A stretch of DNA of 64,000 bases from Phoronis australis (Eukaryota; Animalia; Phoronida), in assembly GCA_002633005.1 (NCBI GenBank), contig NMRA01000601.1, positions 111,405 to 175,404 of the forward strand, written 5' to 3'. The position numbers and the translations under genes are program-made. Positions 37,685 to 50,600 of this stretch are shown here, piece by piece. Position 1 is the stretch's first letter. The number at the start of each line of letters is the position of its first letter. The notes under the pieces are model-generated. The model was not told where the DNA came from and ran no database searches. It saw only the letters and a list, made by a program, of their open reading frames with translations.

Positions 37685-40459
37685 TCACGTTTTCATCATA
37701 TAGTCATTTCTAATTTGTTGCGCAGTGACCGTGATTTCACTTAAAAATTCCTCGCTTTCTCGGACTGCATCGTCCAACCACGACAGATTCAGATCACCAC
37801 CGGAGAGTAAACCTGAAGACGACGACGAACATGAAGTAATTGACGAATTGTCAAAAAAGTTTTGAATCAGTCCCTTTTCTCGAGCGCAAGTGTCATCATC
37901 GCTGCTCTCTCGGGAGTCACATTCTTTCTCGGAATTTTTAAAAAATTTCTGATTAATTTGTGTGACATTTTCTTTCAATACAGTGCGGTCTTCAAACACG
38001 GGATTTTTGTGAAGTTCGACATTTATTTTCCTCGCCTGACATGATTTCGACTCTTGGTTTGAAGACGTATAATCGATGTCGTGTGCCTCTCTTAAATGAT
38101 TCTTTGTTTTCGAGAAATGTTGAGTTTCCTTTTCAAAACTTGACTGATTAACCAGACTGGGTGATTGCAATTCGAAGGTATGTTTGCCAGAAATAATCTG
38201 TGAATGGTTAATATCTTTGGTCTCATAAGGTCTCACGTTTACACAAGCCACATCTAAGGTACCTTTCCGAAAGTTGGCAAAGGTTTCCAAATCATAATAA
38301 TCACTTTCTTCCTCAAGGACAAGTTTCTGATCAGAAAAAATATGATCAACTCCTTTCGTGCCATCACCGTAAATGGAATCGTTTTCTTGGTCTTTGGTTG
38401 ACAATGAGGTATCTGCTGAGTAACCTCCCTCGTAGGCCGCTAAAAGCGGAGACTCTAACTGCTGTTCCCAAGTAATGTGCACGGGTTCGTTCACAGGAGC
38501 ACGGAGCCCTGGAGATTCAATCACGTGTTCCCATGTGACGGATTTTGGGGTCTCTGCAACTCCTCGTTTTTTCACACGGTCACACTCTGTGCATTCTTGA
38601 CGTCTACTCGATTTTCTATTGCAGATGTACTTTGCCTCTGAGGGCAGGCGAGGCACGCTCGAGGTGCCAGACGTAGCGCTTTTGGCTACCTCTAACTTCA
38701 CCGTTGGATCGCTTTGAGATTTTCGTGGTTTTATCCCATGCACAGACGGTTTATTCTTAGATGTAACTTGGCAGTCGAAACGATTGTCCGACGTGCTTAT
38801 TACCTCAAAGCGATTAATTAGCGAGGTTATTTTGTTAAATTTTCTTGAGAGCGCCAACTTATTCGCTTTGATAAATTGCAGGCGACAGTTGCGGTCTGTT
38901 TGCACGGCTAGAATCTTCTTTGGAACACGTTTGTCGCCTGCTCCATCCGAAACTAAAGGTTTTGCTGCTAATGGCATTGTACTTAATGGTTCAAAGTGAT
39001 CGCCAAACTGTAATCCATCAGACAATCCTTTGTTTTTACTCGAAATTTCCTCGACATGTTTGTCATCAAATAAAAGTGGACACGTATATCCATGCACCAT
39101 ATAACAGCTTGAATGTTGTTTTTGGCGGTGTTTTTGTTCTTCTTCGTTGCCCAAGTTCTTCGTTTCTGAATTGATTATCGCAGAGTCGATAGGTTCGAGA
39201 CATTTTTCAGCGACATTCTGGTCTTGAAATTTACTCCTGCTAGCACAAGGCTTTCGAGGGTCTCTGTCGCCGTCGGTCACTTTGTCATCACTGCAGCTTA
39301 CAGTTCTGGACGAATACTTTGTCAGCATAATACCAGCAGGGTCGCTAGGTGGTCTGTAGCGCATCGTCGATTGCTTCTGGAAATTAACATTCTCCTTGTC
39401 CCCCACTTCACTTTCTTTCGCAGAACTTGAATCCCTTGCAGAAAAACACTCGGAAAATAGGTGCTGATCACCGTAACAAAAAGGCACGTGACGTGATTGG
39501 TTGATAATAAGATCTTCCACATTTGAAGTTTTAGCTGGTGACTTGATTAATGCGAGATTTGCTTGATTAAAATTTCGAGAGATTCCCATGTCGAACGAAT
39601 CTGAGATGGAATCGTATCGAACTGGCATAGGCACTCGCTGAGGTGTATGGGACGGCGTGGCAGCAGCATACGTCACAAACGATGCTGCTTTAACAGGTAA
39701 GTAACCAGACGACATGCAATCGACTTCTTCAACTTCTGAAAATATATCCTCGCCATCTCTGTCTTCTATGTTTTGATTGGTGTTCTTGTTTTCAGACTCT
39801 CTCTGGTTCAAAACTGATAGACCCTTCTTAGAACCGTAAGCCTTGGACATTTTTTTACACGTTGTTCGTTTAAGAATCCCTTTGGTTTGCACGATGAGAG
39901 GGGAAGACCGGTTACATTCTCCGTGGTTTTTGCGTGGACTTACAATTTCTGAATAAGGACATTTAACGGTTTCGCCATCCTCTTCTGTGCACTTTTCACG
40001 AGGTTCTTCGAAAATATATGTACTCAAGCGTGCCAATGAGTTTTGTCTTGTGACCGAGAAATCTACTCTATCGTCCGAAGTGTCACTGTCCTCAAAGGGT
40101 GCTGCGTCCTTTTCTTTGAATTTCCGGAACGCTCTAGCAATTGGCGAGTACGAGTGTACAGCACTGCATCCTTTGTGAAGTTTTGCCTCTTCCCGAATTG
40201 ATTTTTGATTCGATTTTGTATGGTCAACCATTGCCCGTTTTGCCCTTATTTTTCGTTCTCCACGAAATCGTTTACATTTCGATCTTCGAGATGCATTTTC
40301 GTCTTCGTCAGAGCTAGAGTCATTAGCTTGCTTCCTGTGGTCAGATTTTGACTTCGGACTCCTTGGAAACTTTTCAGACTTTGTTTCCCAGGTCTTCTCG
40401 CAGTCGCCAGCTTCACTAGTCCTCATAGGAAGACGTCGCAAAGACAACCTACATCTCAT
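37685..40459 (-). CDS. Uncharacterised 924-aa Ser/Lys/Glu-rich, probably disordered protein (single large exon)
   Basis: A 2775-nt stop-free frame in AT-rich DNA is very unlikely by chance. No transposase or RT motifs seen. Contains KGILKR, KSVTW and ITSLINRFE short motifs. Confidence 0.72.
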   Translation of the reverse strand: MRCRLSLRRLPMRTSEAGDCEKTWETKSEKFPRSPKSKSDHRKQANDSSSDEDENASRRSKCKRFRGERKIRAKRAMVDHTKSNQKSIREEAKLHKGCSAVHSYSPIARAFRKFKEKDAAPFEDSDTSDDRVDFSVTRQNSLARLSTYIFEEPREKCTEEDGETVKCPYSEIVSPRKNHGECNRSSPLIVQTKGILKRTTCKKMSKAYGSKKGLSVLNQRESENKNTNQNIEDRDGEDIFSEVEEVDCMSSGYLPVKAASFVTYAAATPSHTPQRVPMPVRYDSISDSFDMGISRNFNQANLALIKSPAKTSNVEDLIINQSRHVPFCYGDQHLFSECFSARDSSSAKESEVGDKENVNFQKQSTMRYRPPSDPAGIMLTKYSSRTVSCSDDKVTDGDRDPRKPCASRSKFQDQNVAEKCLEPIDSAIINSETKNLGNEEEQKHRQKQHSSCYMVHGYTCPLLFDDKHVEEISSKNKGLSDGLQFGDHFEPLSTMPLAAKPLVSDGAGDKRVPKKILAVQTDRNCRLQFIKANKLALSRKFNKITSLINRFEVISTSDNRFDCQVTSKNKPSVHGIKPRKSQSDPTVKLEVAKSATSGTSSVPRLPSEAKYICNRKSSRRQECTECDRVKKRGVAETPKSVTWEHVIESPGLRAPVNEPVHITWEQQLESPLLAAYEGGYSADTSLSTKDQENDSIYGDGTKGVDHIFSDQKLVLEEESDYYDLETFANFRKGTLDVACVNVRPYETKDINHSQIISGKHTFELQSPSLVNQSSFEKETQHFSKTKNHLREAHDIDYTSSNQESKSCQARKINVELHKNPVFEDRTVLKENVTQINQKFFKNSEKECDSRESSDDDTCAREKGLIQNFFDNSSITSCSSSSSGLLSGGDLNLSWLDDAVRESEEFLSEITVTAQQIRNDYMMKT

Positions 40460-41511
40460 AATTACAACTTTGTCGTTTTACAGAATTAATTGCGAAATAA
40501 ATGTCATCACGATAACAATCAGAGCGTGCAACACAAATATGAGAGCGTGTTGTCAATATGAGCGCGACGGTATGGTAGGATGCGTCACATTTTAGTTGTC
40601 CTTGACATTGAGATGTTTTGTTCTTTTACCAACAGATGTCGCTTGACTCGAGGAAACATTTTGGTGGCACTAAACGGTTAGACTGCGGCCGCTGCCAATT
40701 TGCACTCCCGAAATATTAAAATCTAGGGGTAGGACAGGCTTGGGGAATTTTTTAGTTAGGTAAATTGTATTGTGTGTCTCACGGTGCACGGTAACTGCTT
40801 TCTTTTTTAGTGCTTGGGCTTAACTTCTAAGAAAGTGTTGACCCAGTGCCATCGCCATCAGCGAGGTAGGTGACCCCCTTAGCTTCAAAATGTGGGAGAT
40901 GCACAACACTGCAACCGTCTATTGCGCCATCTGGCTGTCGTGGTCTACGGAAGGGGTAGCGGTGTTTGCTGAATGAACTGTGTCCTTCTGAATTGTTTTT
41001 TTTCTCCCTCTGCTGAGAATGAAACTGTGTAGCTTTCCAGGCTACTTTGTATGTGCTCACCACTCAACAATAAGGTTGTGAGAGAAAATAGGCTGTCCAA
41101 ATTTCTTGTTTCCATGCTTTTTATGGTTATCCAAGTCGACTTCTGTCAATAAATATGTCCCCTATACACAACGAGTGAGCCTCGGTGAAGATTATGGTCA
41201 CTGACCTGTGGGGCCTGGAAACTAACTTGAATTAAACTTTTAGTACTTGTTCCATATTCAAGTTTATCACTTTTCTTGAATTTGTCCCATCAAAAGTCAG
41301 TATAGTGCAAAACAGAGCAGGAAACTACATCGGGTGTCTTAATCTGTGTAAAATGGGCCTGGCTTGAAAACCCCAGCCTTCAGGCTGGGCACATTCGATC
41401 ACCTTATAAATACAAAGTGGACCACCGGTTCAACTTCTTATTTGACTCAGTAGGTGAGCAGATGGAGAGGAACTATTTTGAACAAAATTTAGAAAATGTG
41501 CTCTTATTTAA

Positions 41512-42160
41512 GGTGGTACTGAACAGTTAGACTACGGCCGCTGCCAATTTGCACTCCCGAAATATTAAAATCTAGGGGTAGACCAGGATTGGGGGAATGT
41601 TTTAGTTAGGTATTCTATTTAGGCCAAGTGAATGTGGTTCGTTTGTATTTGTGAACATGCTGAGAATTAAAAAAGGCAACTTTCTCGGCTGTAGATGCAC
41701 TCTTGTTCAAGATGGTGTCCCCCTGTTGCAATTGTGCATTGCTGTGAGAAATTCGACGCGATTTCAATTAGCCCTCAAACAAGCCAGATTTGCAAAAAAA
41801 CTAGTTGGTTGACAGTACTTTTAGACCACATTTTTGGAATCGATAGGACAATGCTTTCAGAATCTAATGTTGCCTTTAGTTGAGCATCTGCAGGAAAGTG
41901 GTGGTTTTGGGGTGAAAAGTGCCGATTTTGCATTTTTTGCCCTTATTTTCTTAGCCTAGCTTGGTTTCCACTGGGAGTGAAAGGGTCAAAATCACAAGAG
42001 AGAACAATGTTTCTGTGCTCATCTGTAGAGCTTGTGATGTGAAATGACTCAAAACTTTTCTTAATTTGCATGCAGTTTTTGACAGAGTAAAGAAAGGGTA
42101 AAGAGTCCATTGACGTGTGTTCTGATAGGCAAACCCCTGTGAGAAATGTTCAGTGCCTCC
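41512..42160. mobile_element. Kolobok-like element; its first 100 bp or so are repeated at 40663-40760
   Basis: TTAA|GGTGGTACTGAACA...TGTTCAGTGCCTCC; direct repeat GTTAGACT.CGGCCGCTGCCAATTTGCACTCCCGAAATATTAAAATCTAGGGGTAG. Confidence 0.55.
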
Positions 42161-42264
42161 TTTCTGTTGCGTGAATGTCTTTCGCGAAACAGCGGAGTGG
42201 TTGGCTGGTTCAGTGCCTAAACACTGCTATTAACAATGAGTCTGGTGAACGCACCTGACATCTG

Positions 42265-42533
42265 GCGTCTGTTTCATCAAAATGACTTAAGACTCATAAG
42301 TCATAAATTTTGTCTTACGCACCCACTTCACATGTTTAGCCAAGTAATTACGACAGCATCACAGTCTAGAAATAATTTCTAGAAATTTTCTCAGAAACTT
42401 GTTGTTATGAGTTGATGCTTGAACACTTCGCACTTTTGCTCAAGTGTGATTTAATTAAATCCCATAAACACTTGTGTAGACCGTAAGACCGAATTTCTGA
42501 CTTGAGTCTTAAGTCACTTTAGTGAAGCAGACG
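42265..42533. mobile_element. MITE with TIRs of about 55 bp
   Basis: CGTCTGTTTCATCAAAATGACTTAAGACTCA...GTCTTACG vs CGTAAGAC...TGAGTCTTAAGTCACTTTAGTGAAGCAGACG. Confidence 0.7.
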
Positions 42534-43357
42534 ACTGTTTCTCCTTTGGTCAATCAAGGATGTAGGGAACCGGTGTATTTAAACCAAATAGACATAAAAA
42601 GCCTACTTTTTCAATCACAAGGTTGGCGTAACTTGAATGAAATATTTCACTACGCATACAAATCAGGTTAGTATGGCAAACAAATCTTACCAACTGGCCA
42701 CGTTTTCGAATAGTTCACCGCACTGCAATACTAATGGATGCTGGATGCGAGAAAAATTTGGGCAAGAAAACTCGACTCGGTTCTTTGACATTTTTGTTAC
42801 AGAGGCGTGGCGTAATTTCGTAGACGCAATAATCTGGCTAAAGAGGCAAGTGTAATAACGTGCTTCGCTTGCATTACATGGCGATTTCTCATGAAGTTTT
42901 ATTTAACTCGCAAGAAACGAGTTGTGCAGAACGCATGGCAGCTAAAATATCGCTGCGCGAGACCACTTCGTCTAAGAGTGCAAGAACTAGGTAAAAGTAA
43001 TTTTAATTAAAATGCTCCGTGCAATGAACCCTTCCTGTACTAGCACGCGTTTCACGATATTATCGCATTTTCATTAAAACGTTCTGTAGTTACAAGTTAT
43101 CTAGCCTAGTTGTGTTATTGTCTGCAGTTCCCACTGAAAACTTAGGTGTCATGAAGTATACTTTTATTTGTTATTCGTTGTACTTGTGCGCCATCTATTA
43201 TTCGCGTGCAAAAACTTGTATCACGTTATACCTCGTTGGTTTTTAGAGAATAAACGTATTGGTATTCGTATTCATGAAGACACTATTGCGTTTCAGCAAT
43301 GTTAACTGACGTGAGGGGCGTGGCAATAGATAGTCGAAGTTTAAAGAGGCATCATCA

Positions 43358-43428
43358 GCGAGAAAAGTGATTTTCTAAGATAAGCCTCAGCTTCGAGTCG
43401 AATCTGGAACTCCAACGGCCGCAGCCAA
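43358..43428 (-). mobile_element. Degraded tRNA-derived SINE head
   Basis: Homologous to 19195-19294 (AAGTGATTTTCT.AGAT.AGC.TCAGC...TCGAA). Confidence 0.45.
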
Positions 43429-44656
43429 ATACAACAATTTTAACAAAGGAAACGAATATGCATGATCAGTTAGCAAATTTAATACTTAAATCAGACAGAC
43501 ACAGTTAATGATACAATGACGTATACGGTTCATATCACAAATCAAAAGGTCACGTCCAGAAGACATAGCTCGATCATTTACCGTTTCTACGTGCGTTTTC
43601 AGTTTCTGGATCCGCGGAGACAATATGTTGTAGAAACCGTAAAATGTGTAAACATGCGAATGCGAATGCGGTGTTATATTCATAAACATTTTTACCATGA
43701 AATGACTAGATTGTCTTAAATGAGATGATGAGAATACAGTCATGCTCCTCGATCCAGTAGTTTTAACTGAGTATTTGCATTGCCAAAACTAACAGCACCT
43801 GATCGACATCGCCAGAAATATGTAAGATATACCACTGCTCATGCGCCAACTTCTGCTTACTGCTCCACTCTTGACATAGGAGCCTACTGAAGGCAAGGGG
43901 AGATAACTGCGAAATTGTCGATAGACTGGCGTAAAGAATGTCTATCAAGGGTTGATACAAGCAAGTATCGGGGTTAAGGGTGAAAATTTTATAACGTGCC
44001 TTGAGGTCTGAATTTCGTCCAAAACATCGTCCTATACCGTAAGTCATGAATCGACCTGCAGGGACTATTCGAGGGCAAATTCATGTTAAAACCAAGTTTG
44101 TGGCGAAATTGACTCTGGTTGCCCACCGCTCAGATGAGGTCCGGCAAGCAGAGTTCTGTTAATTCTCAGAAGTGTAAACTGTCTGTCAAGCAATGTTGAC
44201 TGTACAGGATTCAAAATACTTTAGTCAGCGCACTGTTCAACAACCTTTGACCTCTTGTTTGTAGGTTTCCTACCAAACAACGAGTGGTGGTAATTGACGA
44301 CATTTCGTAAGTGCGTTCAAAAGAGGCAATAGTGAAGCGGCAGAAATGAGCAGAAATGGAGCCTAGTTAGCGACAGCAGAAATAGACGCTTGGTATTACT
44401 TTGATACCCGATACAAGAAGCTAAGGCTTTTTTCTTCTGAAAATACCGCAAGTGGTTACACATGGATATAATCTGGCCAGTACGATAACACAAGCTGATG
44501 TTGGCGTGGGCCTACGAAGTAAAAAAGGTTTTGACATGCTTCAGTGACCATCGCGACAAGTGTCACCCAGCGACTCGTGAATGTTACAAACTCATGGTAA
44601 TGATTGCCAGTGAGACAAGTCTGCCCTCCAACAGTGCGACGAGACATTGAAGACAG

Positions 44657-47600
44657 TCACCACGCGCCCTTCTGCTGCAGAACTTGCTGAGCCAACATTT
44701 CAAATTCCTACAAATACAAAGAAAGCAAAATATTAAACGTCACGGACGGATGTAGGATTGTGAAGGAGAAATCACAATTCAAGTTTTTACCCATACCTGT
44801 ACATGTTGGTACTGGTGCACTCCCAAGAACCGCATATGAAGGTTCATTCCTTTTACATCACTTGAGCCGCTTTATCGTTACGCGCAAAATTGCCGTGCAA
44901 CACAAGCTTACATTCGAGCAAAAACTTTCTAAGGTTTTGCCCAACCAAAGTTTTCACACTCTACATTCTATTTACCTCTATCTGAGCTATCGTGCTTGGG
45001 TTGATTTTGTTGTCCCCAGTGTCACTGCTTCGGCCGCTTTTTAATGACGCACTTCCGGCACTCTCGTTTGAACTTCGCCTGTAACTTTCGCTCGATGTGC
45101 ACTCGTGCTTACTTGACCCCCTTCTGCTATTCTCGGGGCTGTCATTGGGCGTGGAGCTGGAGATGCTCGTATTGTCAACCACAGGTTTTCGCGATAATTT
45201 CGGACTCTCTACAACCTCCATGATAGCACCCAGACTGGCTTTCAGCTTCTCGTGGTTTTCGAGGCGTTGGATGGCTTGTGTTTCTGACGTCTGTAAGTGC
45301 TTCATCGTCTGTTGACGGTGTTTCTCGTGCTCTTCGAGACCTGAAAGACATTAATAGCAGACGATAAATGATCTGTTTACAAGTTTGCATGTTTTCGGGA
45401 TTTGTATTCACATGAAGAGATTCTCAATCTGAACAAATAATACAACTTCTAGAAGCTTTATTGCTCATTTAGTTAAAAGGATACCAAACCCTGTTTTGAT
45501 GATTTCAACCAATCCTACTTTTGTCACCTGCTAATGCATCATGGGCGTCAATCTTCCAAGTTAAAGACAGCAATCAATCAAAACTCATCCTCCCCATCTC
45601 AAAAATGGGATATTATGGTTCCTGGTGGGTGGTCTTTTCCCATAATTGCCGTGTAATTAGCTAAAAGCATAGATCACGCGTAGCCGTTTAGCAGATTTTG
45701 AAAGTTTTTTGAGGGTTGTCGAGAGTCACAAAGCATTATTTTGTTTTCGAGAACTGGATGGGAAAGTCGTTTTTAGTATCTATTGCTAGACCAAAACCGG
45801 GTCTGGTATCCTTTTAAGTAACTTTTATGTCAATAGACGTTCAACTCATCTCACTCGACTGGAAAGTATCTTTACCTCTATCGATATCAGTTAGCTTTTC
45901 TTTGAGCTCAGTTAGCTGATCCTGCAGATGCTTGTGATCTCCATTTTTCAATGTCGACTTCTGTTTCCCGCCAAATCCAAAGACCGACTTCCGGTTGTTA
46001 TTGTTGGACAAATCCTGAGACTGCAACTTCTTTTCAAGAGTGTCGACCTGCAAATCATACATCTCTGGGGTTTATTCGCATGTATGCCTTTTTCAATTCG
46101 TTTAACAGCGTTCGCATTTTTGGACAAACGTAGTAAATTACATGGCTCCTAAGGCTACATTTCAATTATCCGCTTGACGACGTCAAACATAAACATCGAC
46201 ATCAAATCTCCACAAATTATGCAGAAACGGAGACCCGTAACATGCACTAAAGTCAGTACTGTGGCAAATCAGTGTTTGTCTTTCGCAAACCAGAGCTTAC
46301 TTTTAACTGTGTTGACATTCGTCGCTGTCGCAACTGAGTTGCGTCACGAACTAGTCTCTGCTGCTCTTCAATTTGAGCTCTGTGGTACTTGTTCGCGATT
46401 TCCGCAGTTTTTGGAAAAATCGAAGATGTTTTGTCCTACAAAAGAGAGGTACAACTACACAAAAACCGTTCTGCTAAGACTCGTCCACGACAGCAGCCAA
46501 TTTTTGACAGCCAAGACCAAACACAGCCGTAGTTTCATTTTTCCCAAAATTCATTATCGCACATAACCAGGAATTAAATCGCACGTAAGCATGCAATCGC
46601 CGACTATAGAAATATAATCATCAGATATACACGATAGTTAAATGATACATGTACATGAGTATAAATGGACGCTTGATCTAATTACCGAAAATCAAATGGG
46701 ACATAAATATGTGATAATCGAATACAAACAGTATTTAACTATCAAATATACATACGATTATCCAGAACATCTAAGAATATGTTCAGTGAATATTAACATT
46801 TGAAATATTGAATTTTCAATGAATAACACGCCATATTCGCAGGCTACATCACAGAAATTAAGAGCTGCCGCTTTTCACATCAGTTTAAAATAGTTTCGAT
46901 AACGTGTTTTGCATGTATTTCTACCAGTAAAGGTTTTGTGAAAGTGAAATTATTGGCAAAAACAGTTTTCTGAGACAGATCCAACACGGAATCGAGATCA
47001 AAAACTGTTAGTGGTCCCAGTCCCGCATTTCTAGTGGAACTAAATCTCATTTGATAAACCGAGACCAGCCTCCCGTTTAGTAACGCTAGGACCTCGCTAA
47101 AAAGTAAGACTTCGCGAGATTACGTGAGACATAGCCGTGCATTTTAAATAAGAACACGTGTCTTTGACTAGGTTTTAGCTAGGTCCTAGCGTAGGTCCTA
47201 GCGTCTACTGAACGCACGCCACTCATGATTTCAGCGAATTTATATTTGGACACATAAAATTACAATTAACACATAGCACCAATTATTATATTTCCAATGA
47301 CCAGAAAGAGTAGTTACATTATGATAGCAAACAAGGTGTAAAACGAGGTTTATACCGGCAGGTTGAAACCTCCGTCCGAATTACATGGAAACTATAGGTG
47401 GCGCTGAACGTCTGTCCACTAAAGACATGATACCCTTCAGTGGGAAAGGGAATTGCACCATAGCATGGTGGTTTCGAAAATCAGCCATTATCTACATACA
47501 GGACACATTTGCAACTGTCCCACCGCAAATACCTGAACACCCCAGACCTGCAGGCTGGTGCTATGGGTAACGTGGTAAGGAAGGTTATTCCAAATACAAG

Positions 47601-50600
47601 TCGCCTCATATGATATACAACGCTCCTCCGGTAACAAGAGTTTCCAGCAACGACATAAGCAACATAAGCTGCAGTTGCATATTCCACTGGCATTACCCAA
47701 AACAAAATCCTACCTTTGGGATATGCCGTTTTTCAAGGTCAGCGCGCTGTCTTTTCATGTCTTGAATCTGCTTTTCTCGCGTCATTTGCACTGTGTCCTT
47801 TTGATTAAAGGAACTATCGCCTTCCTTTAATGACGCACTTCCTGAAAAGCGAAGAAACTCTCCATGGAAACATGTGATCATTCACTTTGAAGTCAAAAGA
47901 ATTGTTATAGTGGAAGACCGAGACTTGATTTTGTCGTCGTCAACCGTAAAGTGTCACCTTAAATACAAGAGTGTGTCGACAAAGCGCGCACCATAACAAA
48001 ACCCAGTCTCTCAGTTCGGCTCACGTAGAGACGTACAATGTATATGTAGCGTGAAAAGTTAAAGCGGATATATTCTCGCATTCCGTCCACGAAGCGAACT
48101 TTCGATCTAAACCTCTTGCCGCTGGAAAATAGATCTCCACTTGTTCCTTACTCAGACTAGCATTAATTTATTTCTCAGCTTGTAAAGAACTGACAGTTCA
48201 TTATTCCTTCAAACCACGCTCGCGCATTAAATGACACGCCGTGATAAGCCAACAACGAACTACCAGCGCTTTCAAAGTCCTGAAGTCACCTCTAATTTGA
48301 CTAAGGAACAATTCCACATAAGTAAGCGGTCCAAATCAAAACTTGTTTTTTGTCATGGAAGACGGGTTTATAACCGTTTGGAAATCTCTAAATTTATTTG
48401 TCCTTCAAAGATAAACTACGGTGACACAGTTCTGCCATGCATAAACACCAGGAACACATTCTGAGCTCTGGGTTTTTAGAAAACACGAGGAAAACTTTTG
48501 AAATAGGAGGTGTCATTGATGGCCAGAAGTTAAAGCTCACTTAAACACGGAAGGAGCGTTTTAAATCTCGCTTGCGCTTTGCACTATTTCGGCGGAAACC
48601 TACTCCTGTTCATAAAACATTAAAACTTAAAATATTCACGCACCGTTTCTTTCGGACAGTTATTTCCTCACGGAGGCGTCTCCGTTGAGATTGATCGGAG
48701 AAAACAGAACGAAAGGACGAAACTCACAGGGAGCCAAATCAGGTGGCCATAGAGCAAGAGTGACACTGCAATATCAGCCTTGAAGGCAAAACAGCATAGA
48801 TAGAGCAAAATGACGTCACTGCTAAACACTATATTAACGGTTACATCTATTGTTGCGCGTTGACAACATTGTTGAATATCAATATTTTAATGACCAGCAC
48901 CAACAAGTTCCACCAGTTCCTACTAGGGATTTTGAAAAATTTGGAGAAATCGGAAACTGAAGGAATTGGTTTCTTCATTTTGCATATTTCCGATTTAATA
49001 AATTGTCTGAAATTGGGAAAATTACACACTGCCTCTCTAACATTATGAACTACATACCCGTGCCACTCTTTTGAACAGTGCTTGACCCAACTTCAAGATC
49101 AAGTCGGTGGATTTGACTTTCTGACGATTCTGTCTTACTTTCTGACTGGCACAAGGCTGGGAGATCACCACACGACCGACTTATTGAAACCCTTTTCAGT
49201 CGTTCCTGTTGTGTATTGGGTACGCTCGGGCAAGACACGCTACTAACTGAAATGTCGGGTACCTGCGATAAATAGTGTAGAAATTTTGAATGATACTTGA
49301 GGGGTCACGAAGCTCGTTACTTCTATAATGATTCATAGACGAGTTTAACAGAGTTAAAAATACCAGGTGAAAAGCTTTTGGCGTCATTAGCATTTCGCAA
49401 CGCGTCAGACCGCGAAAACACGGTTTGATGAGTCAGTAAAAAATCACCCTTCTGTGTCATGCACGCACAAATGAATATGCCCTGCACTTGCGTGCAAGAA
49501 TGTTCCAATAAACTGCCTACGTGCAAAAACGAACAAGAATTGTTTTCAAGCTATTTTCCATCAAGGCTACTATTTTTAATTCTACAAATCTGCACATGCC
49601 CCCAGTTTTCACTACGGAAATAAAACATACTTGACTAAAAACGTCCTCTGCTGAGATGTCCCCCTCAAAGTCTTCCTCAGATTCCGTTTCCGGTTTATCG
49701 TCAGGCACAAATAACACATTCTCGCCATTGACGCCAGACACATCAAATCCAATAGATGTCGTCGTTCTTCGTCTTGGTGTGCCGACTTGAGTTTGATTGT
49801 TGGTTTTCCACAATTGACGAAGCGCTACATCGTGTTTCGGAGGGGTGTCTGTTCTGAAGTTCTCCTTGTCATGTGATATTGAAGCTATGCTTGACTGATC
49901 GTCTGACGATTCTGGATAGTCCAAAACTGGAGCATTGCTATGAGAACTTTCCAAGCTATGCACTGATCCCCTGCGGTTCTCCGGACTGGGGTCGTGAACA
50001 CTGACTGGATTAGAGGTTGAACTTGATCGCCTCTCCGAAACGCTCAAATGAGAAAGTTCTGGAGTAGACACGGTTGAATCGTCCGACTTCATAGTCTCAT
50101 TTCTAAGAACCTGGATCCAACTGTTAAAATCAAATGAGTCCAAAGCAGCCAACTGTATACTTTTCCCACCCTGGCGAGTCAGTTTGAAAGCGTTCACTTT
50201 CTTATTTTTGTCATTCGGGGCCAGCACCAAGGTATAATTGTTAAGAACTGCTGTCGTGTCCGCAGCCTCGGTGGACGTTTTGTTCTTAAACACATAAAGC
50301 ACACCTTTGCTTACAGCGCACCAGTATTTTGACCAACTTAGTAAGGTCTTTTGATTTAAGTATCCTGAAATTTTCACATCTTGGAGATTTGATATCCTCC
50401 CGCTGTCCTGCTCCGTTGGAGATTTAGGCGGTTTAGACTTGAAAATCTCCTTTATTAGAGATGCTCGCCTCGCAATCTTCACCCCAATGCCCTTATGGCG
50501 CCCATTAGGTGGCGAATTGTCTTCGGCAGATGGGTGGAGTTCGTAAGAGTACATCGCGGACATAGGTCGGGTGGGTAAGCGAGTTTTTGACTTCTCAAGA

